A stretch of 64,000 bases of DNA, from positions 496,001 to 560,000 of the forward strand of contig JAYWIR010000037.1 of the NCBI GenBank assembly GCA_036172245.1, written 5' to 3'. How positions within the stretch are numbered: the first letter of the stretch is position 1; each line of letters begins with the position of its first letter. The notes below the pieces were generated by a model. That model did not search any database, had not been told where the DNA came from, and was given only the letters and a program-made list of their open reading frames with translations. Source of the stretch: Raillietiella orientalis (lineage: Eukaryota). This document shows, one piece after another, positions 46,601 to 61,599 of this stretch. Position numbers and translations under genes: made by a program.

Positions 46601-49600
46601 TGTTGACATTGAGCATCAATGATGTGTTCTGTTGTGCACATTACAGTAAAAAAGTAAAAATCCATGTACAAGCTTTTCATAATCCCAATTTACCCCTGCC
46701 TAATAAGACCAAGAAAACAGCAAATAAGAACAGTACTCTGGAGCACAATCTCACTGAGCCTATCTTTTTGGAATCATCGAGCAAACAAGAAAAAGAAATT
46801 ATGCTCAGTGTTACTTTTGGCTTAATTCATTTACAACTTAGAAGGCTGACTAACCAAAGCTCTTTATTATCCAAAGCCATCATTACCTGCATTCCTGAAT
46901 TCTGTTCAGAAGTTTTTTATGACTTGGAATGCCAAACGGTACCAACCCTATCCAAAAAATCGTCTAGCATACTAGAGAATGAAGCTGAATGTCTTCACAA
47001 AAGTCGATTCTTAGAAGATATAAATCCTTTAGGATTCATAATGTTAGAGTGTGGTTTGGAAGGCTTATCTCTAAAGTGTTTCAAAACTGAAGGATATGAT
47101 AAGAAACCCTCCTCTGCCAGTTGTGTTTGTTCTTCCCAGAAAAATGCATCTGATGCCAGTGTGAATAATTCAGATTCAGCTTTTATGGACAATCGAGCAT
47201 GTGCAGCAAACATCACTAAGCAGCCTTATGCTTCACCACATTATTTATATCGGAAACCATCAGTTTCCAGTGAGTCTACCTTAAGTGAATCTAATTTGCG
47301 AAAACAGAGGACTGACTTTTATTCTTTTGTATTGGATGTGCAAACTATTTGGTTCAATTTTGCAGCACCTCCCAAGTCAAATACTTGTGTAGTTCATCGG
47401 ATTGATTTTTCAAGGTATACAAATATATGTAAAGGCATTGCTAATGTTACTGGATTTCTTATTGAAAGATTTGACTGGAATTTGCTTAGCACATTTTCTC
47501 CTGCCATCAATTCCTGGTTAGCTTCCTCTAAAAAGTTTCTTCACATGTACAGAGAAATTGAATTTTCATATCAGCGGCGATCTCTAGCTGTGATTGCATG
47601 TCTTTTGTGTGAGTCATTGGATAGGCAGCAATTTCATTTTAGTCCAGCTGTAAGCTAAGGGGGATTTAGATATGATGTTATTTTTGTTCCTATAGATGAA
47701 ACACAATACACTGTCTCTTTTGGCCAGTGCCTTGCGCTATGATCCAAACTGTCAAATTTGTAATATCCTTAGAAGATTTTTTGCCCATGTCAGTGTTACT
47801 CAGTTGGAACAAAGTCTACAGATTGACCTAGTACCACCTCTCCCAATGCTGAAAAAGGTAAGCATTTACTTATTCTATATATCTTCATGTGAGTGCTTCT
47901 TCCAATAATTTGAGTGGACTAAACATGAATCCTATTAACCTATCATCCTTTGCCATCAGCATTCTTAATGTTGAAACTCCCATGTTACAGTTATTAGATA
48001 AGAACATGTTTATCTTAATGTCTCTTATTGTTTGTCACGATTTTCATGGTCTCAAAAATGGAATGCAATATAAAATCTCTTTATATTTTCACAACTTCCG
48101 GATAATAAAAGTAATGGCTGAATCATATGAAAAAAAAACGTAAAAAATCTAAATGTCTCCCATGAAAGGGGATTTGCATCCTTTATTTATGATCCCTGTT
48201 CACTTTTAACTGTTCTTCACCAGACAGTTAGTTCCATTCTGTGCAGCATTTTTCATATCTCTACTTTGTTGCTTTTAGTTAAAAGAGCATCAGAGAGCAT
48301 TTCTGCATAAACATCAAAGAAAATGGCACAGACACAAGTAGTATTCTGTGGGATTTTAATACTATTTGATAATTTTTGGGGGGCAGCATGATGTGCTTTG
48401 TTCATTATTGTAAAGATTCAATTTGCATTACTGTTGAAAGAAATTAACTGTGCCTTATTTCTTATTCTGTCATATCAGGGTACTGACATGTTTCAATGGC
48501 TTTTATATGCAGCACTATGGCATTCATGTTCCTTTTGGACCTTTTAGTTCTTGTAATAATGCTTGAGATGAACACTGATTTTCTGTTATTGATATTTTGC
48601 TAATGTTTACTCCATTTATGCTGTGTTTTTTGTCAGACTTTTCATTGTTAATGGAATACTTTTGAAATAGTGGAAAATTTATAAAGAAAAACGCACATGG
48701 AATAGGACAGTGTGATCATTAGGTTTGCAAATTTTCAATTCCTTCCTCACTGTGCAACTATTGTGAATTGCTTGTTCAACTTCGTGCAGTGTTTCATTTA
48801 GTGTCCTCTGTTTAACAGTTTTGCAGGAATATATTTTAAAAGGCATTATCCTCATTTGTGTGTTCATTCATTATGATTGAATGGATTTCAATGTGGATGC
48901 CTTCTAGATTCTTAGAAAATAATTTTGGAAGCTGATTTCATGGAAGCGCTTTCCAATCACATTTCATTTAGAATTTCAAACTACTTTTTACATGCTTTGT
49001 TTTGGATATTTACTGTGTCAGTATTCAGTGTTCACTCTTCATTACACAATTTGAAACATCTACTTTTTCTAATAGCATCTATCAGGATATTGAATATTAT
49101 TAGCAGTTTTAAGACATATCATGTTTTTTCTAGATTTTCTCCTCCAATGTCCACTGTAGCCAGGGTCTCATCATTAGGCTTATGGAAGAATTCCATTATT
49201 TGTAATTGGATGATTATAAATTATAAAAAATACTGCTATTGTATATTCATACCATTTATATACCCTCATATGCGACAAAGAAATGTAATTTTATCTTTCT
49301 TCTCTGTCCTGTTTGAAATCTGTACTTATCTGATTTTTTCTTCCAATGAGATCATTCTGTTGTATGGGCTTAATGGCTTTTCTACTTAATGGGGCAACTT
49401 TGCATCTTGATTCTTGGACTTCCAGGAGATTATTTCATTTCCCTAGAATGTTGCTCTCTTTATCGTAAGGAAGTAAAAAATTGTTTGAATGGCTCAGTGA
49501 TAAAGATTCAGCAATATGGAAGAATGTGTAATATATGTTAGGCTCTAAACCATACCCAGGTATTTTTTATTCTGTATGCAGTGTTTTAGTAATCCTTTTT

Positions 49601-52600
49601 GAGTTGCCTTTTATTGTAAAGAGGTCTGCATGACTGAAAGATTTAAGTGACAATGTAAAATAATGCACATTGACATTCTCATAAAATTTGGAGTAATAAG
49701 GACCTATTTTTAATTCTGTACTTTATTTGTTATGTAGAAGCCAATAATTGAATTCGTAATTTTGATTCAGTGATTGTGAAATATTGAAATTAATCTTATT
49801 GACAGGATTATCCTGCATCTAAGTCACTTCTCTTACAAGTATGTATGAAATGTGACTTTATTCTTGGGATAGTGACACATCGTTTGAGATAGTGAAACAA
49901 GGAATTTTTTTTTTTTCTAGGGAATTGTGGTATTAATGAGGCAGTGGAAAAATTTTCTTTATCTTCCTCTGCTATGGGAGCAAAGTTATAAACTTGCTAA
50001 AGTGAAAAAAAATCAAGGAAATTGGAATTTTCAGAAGCGTATCCCAAAGGTAAAAGAATAAGGACAATTGTGAAATATCAGTTAAATGTAATTCCCAGGA
50101 CCAGACAAACAACAGAAGTGTGCCACAGATACATGTTACTACTGAGAAACCACATTTTTCTGATTGTAAGCTCTATGCTATACTTGGATGATTGCACTTA
50201 AGATTACTAATACCTATTCCTTTAGCATTATCTAAAGAAGGACATGAATGTGTTCCTTCCATAGACAATCATGAAGATCTGTTGAAAGAACATACTACAT
50301 CCGACAGCAAAAACTTTGATTTAAATCAACCAAATCCTATGCTACCTCAATCATTCCATTCAGTCATTGATGTTCCTGTTGATGCAACCAGTCTCCATCT
50401 TGATGAAATCAAAAATAAGAATACTTTACTCCATCAGGTGCTGATCAAGTGATAGAATCTTGCCTTTGTCATCTATTCATTTTCAGAATTCTAGTTCTTC
50501 CTTAAATAAAAACACGAATTCAAGTAAGCCAGATCATTCTGAAGACTGGATGTCCTCCAGTCATGCCAATTCTGGATCCAACGATGATTTGTACAACTGG
50601 ATGGCTAAACAGCAATTCGATTTGGCTGTACAAGATAGTTACGTTAGTTCATCCGGAGAAGAAAATGATGTTTCAGAATGCTCTCCTTATGAAGTACCTC
50701 CTCCTAGCCTGTCACATTTGACTGATGCCAATACCATTTTTGAAATCTTTTTAAGAAACATGGGCATACAGAGTTTGACTGAAGCATCTACCTTGGAACA
50801 AATTGGATGCAACGTGTCTGTAGTTGGAAAATGTTCTCAGCTGCGTGTGGAAATCACTGAAACTGATGATGATAAGGAGAGTAAAACAAATGATCTGTTA
50901 AGCAGAAAACCAATTTTGGAATTGTCTGTTGGAACTCCTACTTTTCTTAGTGAGCAAATGAGTTTGGAAGCAGAATTTCATAAGGAATTTGCTCATAACA
51001 ATGCAGCTGATTTTAATTGGAGTTATAGAAATGAAAAGAAAAAGCAAGCAACCATTCGGAATCAATTTATTTTTGATATCAAATATTTATCACAAGAGGT
51101 AAAGTTTTGCCATAATGGTTTTGTCATGTTCTCTAAGCACTGTTATAGGTTAATATGCCTTTATTGAGGTTATTACAACAGCTGAATACTGTTTTGCTGA
51201 ATTTTCAAGATGAAAAGAAAGAACTACGAAACCCAAGTCTAATGTCTGTTGCTTGTTCTATGGCTGTCACCAATGAACAAAATTCATCTTCCAGTAATCA
51301 CGCTTTCTTGAGTAATCTGTTTCAACTGCCATGTTCTTCGAAGTTTTTGTTCGTATATGTTACAATACATTGATAAAGATGCAGGCAGTTTCTTGCATTA
51401 GATTGTACTATGATGAAATGATATCTGGTCTACACTTTAATAGTAACATGATAAGCAATCAGCAGTATAGCAAATTTCTTGTTTTTTTGTTTTCAACGTT
51501 TTTCTAACAGTGAAGGAAATTTGGCATCGGATTAATGTATGCCATCAAAAGTTCACTGTAAATCGAGATTTTTTTAAATTATTAACAATTTTTATTACAT
51601 ATTCTCATCAAACTTACAAGTTCAAGAAGATAGTTTTTAATTCCTGATTTAATGTTTCTGTAAGAATTTGAGTCTCTGATACCTAATGTATGATCATGTG
51701 TGCTTTCTAAATTAGATGCACTCATTTGGGAAGAAATTAGTTACAGAGTGAACCGTATTTTATAAATGGGCATGCTCATATAAATCATTTTTGAAATTCG
51801 TGCCTTGAAAGTTTTTCAGTTTCTAATTCATGAATGCGTACTATGGAATGCAATCATCAAAATCAATTTGTCCTTTCATTTAAGGTTCTGATGCCTCATC
51901 ATTTGGTTCTTATGCACCATCAACTAAATTTAGCAATATTAATAAGGAAAGTGATACTCATTCCATTGTGGCAACAACAACTTCTGGTCGTAGACGATCA
52001 TATAGGAATATGTTGTCTCCCTGTTTCCATCATGGACGTGCCTTTCGTGGTTCGTATCCATATTAATTAGTCAATTGATGAAAATCTTTAGGATACACTT
52101 ATCTGAATGATTTAGCAATTACAGAAAAAAAGGATTGTGTAGATAGGGAGCAGCCAAGTTTGCAGTGCTGGAAAACAATGTCCCATTTGTTGGATCTCTA
52201 CAGTCAGTCTCCCAAATCGAAAATGGTTTCTGAGAGGTAAGCTAAGTTTGAGCATGCAGTGGACTCATCAAAAGACACTTAGGACAAGAGATGCTGTGGA
52301 TACTTTTAGCAAGAAAACTGGAATCAAATTTAAAACTTCAAAAAAGTGTAGACAGTTATATACAAAATCAAAGCCAAACAAAAGTCTTCCCAATTACATT
52401 CAAGAAGTTGCTGATGGTAGATATAGCATATCTTTCGTGATGTCTTTATGATGTATTGTAACGTATTTTGCATTTTCCGTGCTTGGTTGCTTATGGTTTA
52501 TAGATGTGTTTAGCGACTTGAATAGGTTTTGCAGGATTTTGCAGGACTGCATTCCCAGGGTTGCAACTAGGGAGTAACTTAGAAATACGTATAATTCACT

Positions 52601-55600
52601 AGGTGTTAAAATTTTAAATCAGGTAAATAGTATAATGAAAAAATGAATTATTGAGAAATAATTGAATAAAATATAATTATTGATATTTGAGCTTTAAACT
52701 TATCGTTTGTCTTCATTTGCATTAATACGCATTAGATTTAAGAATAGGAGATATCAACTGAAGTTGATTAACATATTAGAGACACGAACATGACATTTAA
52801 GTGTAAGGAGATGACATTTATGAATGCATATTATATACGAGCAGTCTGTATTGCATCACATTTGCAGTGGTATTCACAGTTGAGGTGCACTTTATACCAT
52901 ATGAGAAATTTGCAAAAGTATTGTATGATTAAAGAAACAACGTCCATCTAGAGAGAAAAGTTAACATCTCTTTCTTTTCCAATTCTTCCCAACGTCATTA
53001 TAACATTGTACAACATTCACAAAGCATACCAACCGAATAAAAACTTTACAGATAATTCATGAATGTTGTCTGTTTCTGATACTTCCCGCTTTTACTTCAC
53101 TTTTCATTTCTTCTGTTTAGTTTTTGTTTATTTTGCCCTACTTTCTTTATGTGATCCATTATAAATCCATCCGTGTTTAATTCCGGAAAACAAAAAGCAG
53201 TTCAACTGATAATGCTATGGCTCTTGGTCATTTTTTTTCCCTAGCTTTCAAGAAAGCGTACCTTACCCTGTTTGTAAATTCTCAGTCAAAGGATGCATCA
53301 TAAGTTCGGAAAATGAACTATCCAGGCTATAGTGCTTTATTCTAAAATCGTTGAAATGTTCTTGTCAGTTTCCAAAAATAACTGTGCTTTGTAAAAAAAT
53401 GGACGATGATCATTAAAGAATTTATATCTATATAATTCCATAGTTAATGATACAGATTTTCAATAACTTGCTCTGTATTTAGAGAACTCACAAGAAAATT
53501 TCCAAGCAGTATCATTTGGAGTGTTTCGAATTCATTGTGTCCATCTTTTGGCAACAATAAGTGGCTTGAAACTTGAGGCCCATATAAATGGTTGCTCTTT
53601 GAGTTTTTCTGAAAAAGCAAAACGTCCTCGTATGCTGCTACCCAAAACTATCCATTTGATGACAGCACATATCGGTAACACGATGGTAGTGCTTCTTGAA
53701 GGTGTACCACCAAATCTTCAGTAAGTAAATTTCGGAAATTACACGAATACCGGATGCTTGTTTTCAGAACAGTTGTGAAGCTCAGCATGGATGAAGCTCA
53801 GGCTTTTCTGTCCAGATGTGCATATCAGAATAAGGATCAAAACTCATTGCTTATTTCACTGGAGAACATTAGCATTGATATTCCACAACATCCTGTTGTA
53901 TTGCATGGCATGATGACAAGGAGCACTAAGCATCTGTCCACAACTCTTCAAGTATATACTTCAAGTATATACACTGCTACTTTTACCTTTGAAAATATTT
54001 AGGAATTAAGGATCTCTCGCACATCAAGCAGGGTTATTCGTGGGAGTACTGTAGATGATCAGCTGGATAGTGTTAATGTTCCATCCCAGCCAAGCGAGGA
54101 TGTTGGTGATGTGTTGTCAAAAGCTACCAAACATGATTTTCTTAAGCCCATTTGTCTTCAGTTCTCAGTTGTTCTGAAAGTACGTTCTCTTGTTTTGTAT
54201 GAAGTTTATTTGGTTTTAGACATGTCGAATAACTGCTGCACTATTGCCATCCTTGCAAGCTGAATATTGCATGAAACAAGTGTTAAGTCTAGGTAAAACT
54301 GGAATGGATGTACAATTCACAGTGACTCTACCAGAGCACCTGCTTAGCTTTGATACAAAACTGGAAGTAAGATACATTTGTGAAGTTGAAGATTTGTTTC
54401 TTCTTTCAAACTTTAGAAAGAAGCTGCACCTGGTGCTAAAGAAGTAAATTTGCCTTCATCGGCATGCATAAGTTTACCTCCAGCTCAACTGATAGCAGAG
54501 TACATTCGAGCTTCTGAAGCATCTGTAGAATTACCTGATGGTTTGCAAAGCATTTGTTAGACATAGTTTTAAAAATTGTTTTTATCACAGAGATCTCACC
54601 AGCTAAGCACATTGGTTATCTGCGTGCAGATGCTAACATTGGTACATTTCACCACTGTCTTACAACAGATGTTCTCAATCATCTTGTTCTTGTGCAACAA
54701 GTCTTCATGAAGGTTGCACTCTTTGCATTCATTTGTTTTCCTTCAATTCAGTGTTTAGGAGATAAACGAAGTGCTTCAAAAAATGTCTGGAAGTGTGGAC
54801 AAACCTGTTAGTACATGGACCAAAGAAGAGCCAGATGTCTCCACCAAACGTGTACCATTGATGTTTTGTTTGGATCTTTGTCTTCAAGGCATGCAAATCA
54901 CTGCCACCACTCCTACGAATTCTGCTGTTCGTTTTGAAACTGGAAAAGTCGAAGTCTACCTATCCAATAAATTCTTAAAGCCCGGAAGACAGCCAAAATT
55001 GTTTGGAAAAGCCAAAGTGGATTTGAACGTCAGTTTGGGTCAATTAGTTCGTTATCCCTGGCTTGAAGAAGCAGAGCCAGATTATCAACAATTTGCATAT
55101 TTCCGTACCCGTATTTGTAAGAATTTTGGAATCATATGCAACTGTAACTACCCACTTGCTTTTGTAGTTTTGCACAATGCCTTGCAAGATGAAGTACCCT
55201 CCAATAGACCGGAAGAAAAGGAAATCATTTTGATTAATTTAGAAAGACCACTAATTTACATTCAGGCAGTAGCCATTGATCGAGCTATTTTAGTATGGTT
55301 AAATTATCGAAACGCGTATGAATACTGGGCAGGCCAGCGTGGGGAACTGAAAAATCTTCGTGTTGTAACTCAGCAGGTAATTTCAAGAATTTTCTTGGAT
55401 CAGTGTCATTTTCAATCTTGTTTTATAAAATCAGATGTTTGAGAAAATGCCAGGACTACAACCGCCATCACTTTCCTTACTGTTTTTACAACTTACAGTT
55501 AGTGATTTGGGAATTTGCATTCCATTAGCATCTAGAGTAAGCATATTTACAGTAAAGGGCATTCATGCTTTGGACTTTCAGCACAAGGCACCTTCTTTTA

Positions 55601-58600
55601 TTGCCAGTGATATAGACGTTCGTAACGCCCTGGTGATCACATTGGAAGCAAGCATCATTTCAGCCTGTAACTCACAGTCACTAGTCAGCAAGGGTCGGTT
55701 CTGTGGCTTATGCTTACGCTTTGCTGAAGACTTTGAGTCCAATTTACATGATTGGAAGCCAGATCTAGATGATCCTTCCCTGATGAATCTTTGTGTGGTC
55801 TCGGAAGGAACGTATCAAGTGTGCAGTCGTACTAGTGCCCATCCACAGAGTCTTGGAAATCCACAGTGGAACGTTTCTGTCAGATGGGACATGGATGGTG
55901 TTGATATCCACGTAGATACAGAGATCGGGAAACATTTATCATCCTTGGCATCAACGATGACAAGTCTGGCAGCATTTGAAAAAGATAACGCAAATGCAAA
56001 TGGCGAAACTAGTGACATTGAAGTCGATGCACGGGTAGCATCTCCCGCATCAAACGTGGGTCCATGATAAAATGTAATGAAATATCTGCTAACATGTTTT
56101 AGCATGCCGAAAATACTGAAAGGAGAGAGAACTTGAATGGCTGTCATCGCGTGCCCGTAACATTACTTTTGGATCCATCCTTGAGTACAAAGAGAAGTTC
56201 CAAATTCATTGAAGATGCCATGAATGAACAGTTTCGCCTTTTAAGTGATTTGAAAAGGTCAAAAGCTCCTCAGGCATCTATTGATGTAGAAGCTCAACGC
56301 TTGAAAGAATTAGAAACCATGTTATTTAGCATTTTTCGGAGAGATGTTATCAAGCGTTTAAAAGGGCAAAATCAACATGTGGGTGCTAGCAGAGAGCAGA
56401 TCGGTGCCCCAAATTTTCGGAGTCGCAAGTTTGCTCCTAGAAAACAAGTAATAGCTGAAACTAGGGAACATCCAATATCGCATCCACTTTCGTAAGTTCT
56501 TTCCACTCTATGCACTTTATATATGCATTCGTTGATTTAGGTTAAAATTAAGTGAGAGCCACAGATCGCAAACCAGCAGTGAGGAAATATCTCCGTGTAG
56601 CAATGGATCAAATAGCAATCGGCCTCGATCTGACGATCTAATGAATGTTGGCCCATGGCTTGTTTCCACAAACTTTTTCCCTGTTGATAAGTATGGTTTC
56701 TTTTTTTGATGAATTATAAGTTGTGTAAAATTTGGGAACGTGCAGACCACGACCGTCTCGTTCTTGGTCACAGGGATCAATTTTTGATGCTGAGAATATA
56801 ACTGCTGAGATGCTGAGTCATGCTTCACCCTATGGTGCATTCGATCTTGATGAAGTTGTCTTACGGGAGATACAGTAAGCCACCATTTTTTACGATAGTT
56901 GTTTACTTTTTACATTGGCCGAAAAATGTACTTCCGAATGCTGAGTCCAAAAGTGAATTTCCAATCAAATCCACTACATATGAAGGAAATGTCGATCTAA
57001 TCTTGAATGTTACCGTATTGATTAAATCAGGAAAGTGCGTTCTGCATACGATTCATCATGAAGACGAGGCTGAACAAAATCTGTAAGGCGCTTGATTTCT
57101 AGGAAAGTGTATCATATAATTCGAAACAGGTCATTTACGATGGCAAACAAGCGTAGAACTGATTTTCGCCTCCATATTCCCAACTCTCGTGTAAGACTGA
57201 ATGTCCCCCTTACTGATGTCACCATCTTTATTATCCCCGCCCTCGATGTGAAAGTAATTTGCCGACTTCCATGATTAATTACCAAATGGGTTTTCAGGTT
57301 TATTACGATTCTCATACTGAAGACATGTTACCACTTCCTCATACAGCACATTTGTCGGTCATCTGCGAAGATTCTTCGCACCTGAGAAAGGTGGCACAGA
57401 AAAAGGCCAAACTCTTTACTTGGGTCACATTGCATCACATTTCAGAAGAAATTTTTATTAGTCCACATTTTCTTGATTTTTTAGAACAAGCGTTAGAACC
57501 CATTCCTTTGCCTGTATGCAGTACAGAAATCAAAGGAGGAGGTAAAGTGCCACAAATATGTATTCTACTCAAAATTTCCTATAGAGAATGCTGATGGTGG
57601 CCTATTTGGGATTGATGTATCAACTCCTAGTGTCATTCCATCACATGGGAGTTTCCCTGTTGACGCCATAGTCTCCTTCCATATGGAACCTTGTGTTTTT
57701 CGTTTTTCATGTTTACCAGTTTCTCGTGTCGAATGTCTTTTACGGCTGCCTTCTCTCGATCTCATTTTTTCAACTCAGAATCCGAATCCAGATTCACCAG
57801 ATGTTTCGGTTCAACCAACACCAACATCCGGAAGTGGTGGTTGTGTCACAGTGTTTTTGGCGGATTTTTCTCTCTATCTATTTCATCCTTATGGTGAGAA
57901 AAAGAAAACCGGTGAGTGTTTGAACGATTCAGTCTGGCGGATCGTTTGCGGTGTCCGTCAATCATAAATAGCAGTTATCGAACGGGAAGAGAGTTCCAAG
58001 GAAACCGAACGCAGGGACGCACTCAGTCTGCAGGTTGAGTTCGTTAAATTTTCTCTTTCCCGAGCAAGGAAAGTGGAAGTTGGGTTTGACCTTTCGTCGC
58101 CCAACAACACGACGGAACCAAGCTCCATGGGACTTCGCTTCTCAGGTGAATCACCAATCTGTGTGCGCGTGGTGTCTATCCCTCTTTCAACCCTCAGCCA
58201 TCATTGATATCGGATCGGCTTCCTTCCGTTACGACATGAGGCGCTTGACAGAAATTCTAGCCTTTCCTAAAGCGTGGTACCGTAGAAGCATCGTAAGAAG
58301 ATTATTTCTCGGCGACATGGGATTGCAAACAGAACCAGCCGATTGGGAGATGTCCCACGCACGGTCAGTCAGTTTGTTTTGTTAACACTCACACCGCGTA
58401 ATTTAGAAGCAATTCGTTGCTTACTCTCTCCGAGGAAGAGAGCACTTTCAACGCCGATCCCTCGCAAGGTGTGCAGGCTGCTGCTGGTGAGCACTCCCTT
58501 ACACCTTTTGCCTCTCAGTAAAATAGGTGCAGATTCGTTTCAGTCGGAAGGAATTGATATGGCAGTGCGTTGGGAAACGCTGGTTGTATTTACCATCAAT

Positions 58601-60518
58601 TTTACACAGTTGAATGTTCATATGAACATGGGCAATGTCATGGGCAACGTGGCGTAAGTTCGAGAACCATGCTGTTGGTATGTTCCTTACTGGGTTTCAG
58701 ATGGCTGACACAGGGATTCAATGCTGGAGGCCATTTATCTATGCACAGCCAAGGCTGCAAAGACATGCGTATTATAGTGGCACTTTCCGGTTCCTCGTTG
58801 GATGCCAAAAATGGCATTGTGGGTGGTTTCATAGAACTCGCCCGCATTAATGCAAGCAGTACGTATAGGATCATATGGGAGTCGGGTTGGAAGCTTCTGG
58901 TTAGCAACTGTGAAACGAGTGCCGAATCAAGTGGTATTGGATCATCAGCTCGGATTGCACATACTTGTGATGGAAGTCCGATTAGATTACATGGGTACAA
59001 GTGTGCTCATGTGCCGAATTAGCAGACTGAACTGCTTACTAAATGATGACTGGCAAATTAAACAAGAAAGAGAACACGCTTTTCCGAAAAGAACCATCAT
59101 CTTTCTTCATGCGGACATGACTTGGGATCAGCTGCAGCTCCTAATGAGTCGCTCAACATCCGCCGACCTGATCAAAATGTACCATAAGTTGGAAGAATTC
59201 TTCATGCAACAGTTCAACTCTTCGAGACGTCTTCTCATGTCTTTAGGACCAACTCCCTCCTTCGGTTCTCGCAGTCGTGCATCGAAACGAAGGATCAAAG
59301 ACAGAGATGGTAAAGCATCCTTGGGTTTTGGTTTCGTGCGTCAGCTTCTCAGTGGCTGTTGTTTTTTTTCCAGCAGCTTTCGATTTATGCCAGTATTGCC
59401 ACTGGTACGCAATTTTACAGAAGATTGTCAAGTTTCACGTAACGAATTTTCTTCCACCCGTGTGTCCGGAGGCTGTTGTTGTTGGTGGAACGATCGATTT
59501 ACACGGCACTAGCATATCGCTCGCATGCTTCCATGGCATTAACTTCCGATCGAAATCTTGGGCACAGTTCAGTTTACTGGAACCATATATCTGTTTTGCA
59601 TGTGAGACCAAGAACATGCTGTCCCGACAAGATGCAACGGATGATGTCAATGTGGCCCACAGCCTGTCACTCTCCCTGGGGCTTTCCGATGACGATGGGC
59701 CGTCTTCAAGATCTATGGCCGTAGTGTATCGTGTTTCATGCAGCATGTCCTATCCTCCACAGTTTCGTTCATTGAGAGAATGGTTTTACTACGCTTTTTC
59801 CCCGAGTGATTTGGATGGTGCGTATGCTCTGTTCGTTCTACTTGTGCGCAGACCGTGCCTGTGTAGTTCATTCATGATCGTTATTGTGATTTCTCTCATT
59901 ACAGATGTGGACCGATTCCCCCAAATCAACCCATCGAAGGCTTCTTCAAAACTGTCCACCCACCAACATACGGCAGAACTGATCTTTGCATTTCCCACGA
60001 TGCAACTCGTATTGAAAACGGAACAACTTCAAAAAGGCGTGCAGCAGCCAGAGACCCCCTATTGTCCTGTTGTGGACTGCAGTTTCCTAACGGCCTTCGA
60101 GGACCACATCGTCGTTACTACCGATGCGGAGAATTTTTTCTTCCTACATGATTTGATCTCATTATATCTTCGTGAGAAACAGCGTGTGCTTCAAGTTCCT
60201 GTACCGAGGACACAGGCGCAGGGATCCGAGAAAAAAGCTCCCCTCAATTCTGTGAATGGAATGACCGAAACTCTGACAAGTGATCGCCGAGAGTACATTT
60301 GTTCCACTTGGCACCTTGAACCTACCGTCCGCCTGCTGTCATGGACAGGAAAGAAAATCGAGCCATATGGGATTGATTATATACTGCAAAAACTTGGTTT
60401 TTCCCACGCAAGAATAACGATCCCAAAGTGGCTCCAAAGAGGGTTTTTAGATCCGATGGACAAAACCCTTTCCGTTTTATTATTACAGTTTTTGAAAGTG
60501 TTACGCGAACAGAAGTAA
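37646..60518 (+). CDS. BLTP1: Bridge-like lipid transfer protein 1 (KIAA1109/tweek/LPD-3 orthologue), complete multi-exon gene, roughly 4,200-4,600 aa by rough subtraction of introns
   Basis: N-terminal TM helix then YLTFYNSRVIG; GKLMFRDVVY, LNGLQLHMYNRSQLY, TYGPWMDRQR..FFFP, FKENYFG, ESLEYAWL, GFIMLECGLEG, WFNFAAPP, IDIPQHPVVLHGMMTRS, DRAILVWLNYRNAYEYW, FRYDMRRLTEILAFPKAWYRRSIVRRLFLGD, LACFHGINFRSKSWA, and C-terminal WHLEPTVRLLSW...IPKWLQRGFLDPMDK. ATG at 37646, TAA at 60516-60518, AATAAA just downstream. Large introns at ~38740-40113, 41660-43452, 47858-49920 and ~52418-53482. Confidence 0.96.
42596..42635. repeat. Perfect inverted repeat (18-bp arms, 4-nt loop) in a BLTP1 intron
   Basis: ACATGTATTCAATCAGCA-GATA-TGCTGATTGAATACATGT. 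Confidence 0.9.
48680..49300 (-). mobile_element. Possible very old retroviral-type integrase remnant in a BLTP1 intron
   Basis: Broken minus-strand peptides LATVDIGG, ILIDAIRK, EGIHIEIHS and NTQMRIMPFKI in integrase-core order. Weak. Confidence 0.25.
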
Positions 60519-61599
60519 GGTTGGTCAAATAAATAAGTTTATTTACATTTACCCCTGGCTTCTGAAGCGATGCTCGAGCACGCTCCAGCATTTTTTGTTG
60601 AATTACCGTGCTGCTAAATCACAGTTCACAGCGTAAGACTTTTTGGTTTCCTTCTTGTACGTCCTGCCCAAGTTTCGTTTGGGGCATTTGTGTACGCAAG
60701 TGAAAGCATTGCAGGTCTTTTCTTTTATTTCTTTAACACATCGATTCGCGATCGGTGCTTCGTTCATTAAGCCGCCGTTTTTGGAACCAGTGGATAGAAA
60801 TTAGTGGTTGCTCGAGCATTTCCTGCTTGTTCGAGAAAGGAGGCTGTGCCGTTTCGTTCGAGCTGGTCGGTCAGAGTTACCACCACTCCAAAGTACCCAT
60901 TACAACATGCAGTGTCGAGAAAGACAGCATTTCTGGGTGCTGTTCACATGTGTGGATAGGGTGCCAAGTAAACGGAACGCCGGTTCACCTCACTATCAAA
61001 CGACTGCCTCTTTAACTCATGAGGAGCGAGGGTGCGTTTCCCACTCATGAGTTTTTGCTCAATCCTTGTTGGGCGCAATCAGGAACAGCAACAACCGTTT
61101 GTTTAGTGAACCAAATATCCGTGAGGAGGGAAAAGGATCTACCTTAGCAACGTTTGCGGCAGAGTTTCACGTCTTCGGTAGGCTTTCTCCAGGTTTCTTC
61201 TTTGTAAGCGAAAGGTGGTGAGATCCACCTTCACCCACTTGAAACAGCAGTGTGTGAACCTGGGTGTTCTCAAAGCTGAACATTTTCTGTATTCGCTCAG
61301 CAGTGTTGGTCACCTTCACCCTTAGTCTTCAGAATCTCGCTCGTCGCACTTCCCTATGACGATCATTTTGGTGTGGAAATTTGCTTTCGCCGCTGCCATG
61401 GAAGCCGCTCGTCTCTCCATGGCTGATTCCCCTTCTTCTCATGTATGCTTTCAGTGGAGCTGAAAAAAAGCAAAAGTCCGTAGAAGTGATCGATCCATCA
61501 CGTGGAACTCCTCCTCTATTTGTGCAATGTTCCATCCACCGTGCTCGCACCTGGAACAGCTTCCCAATGTTTTTCCTACATTAGTGAAACACGCGTTCT

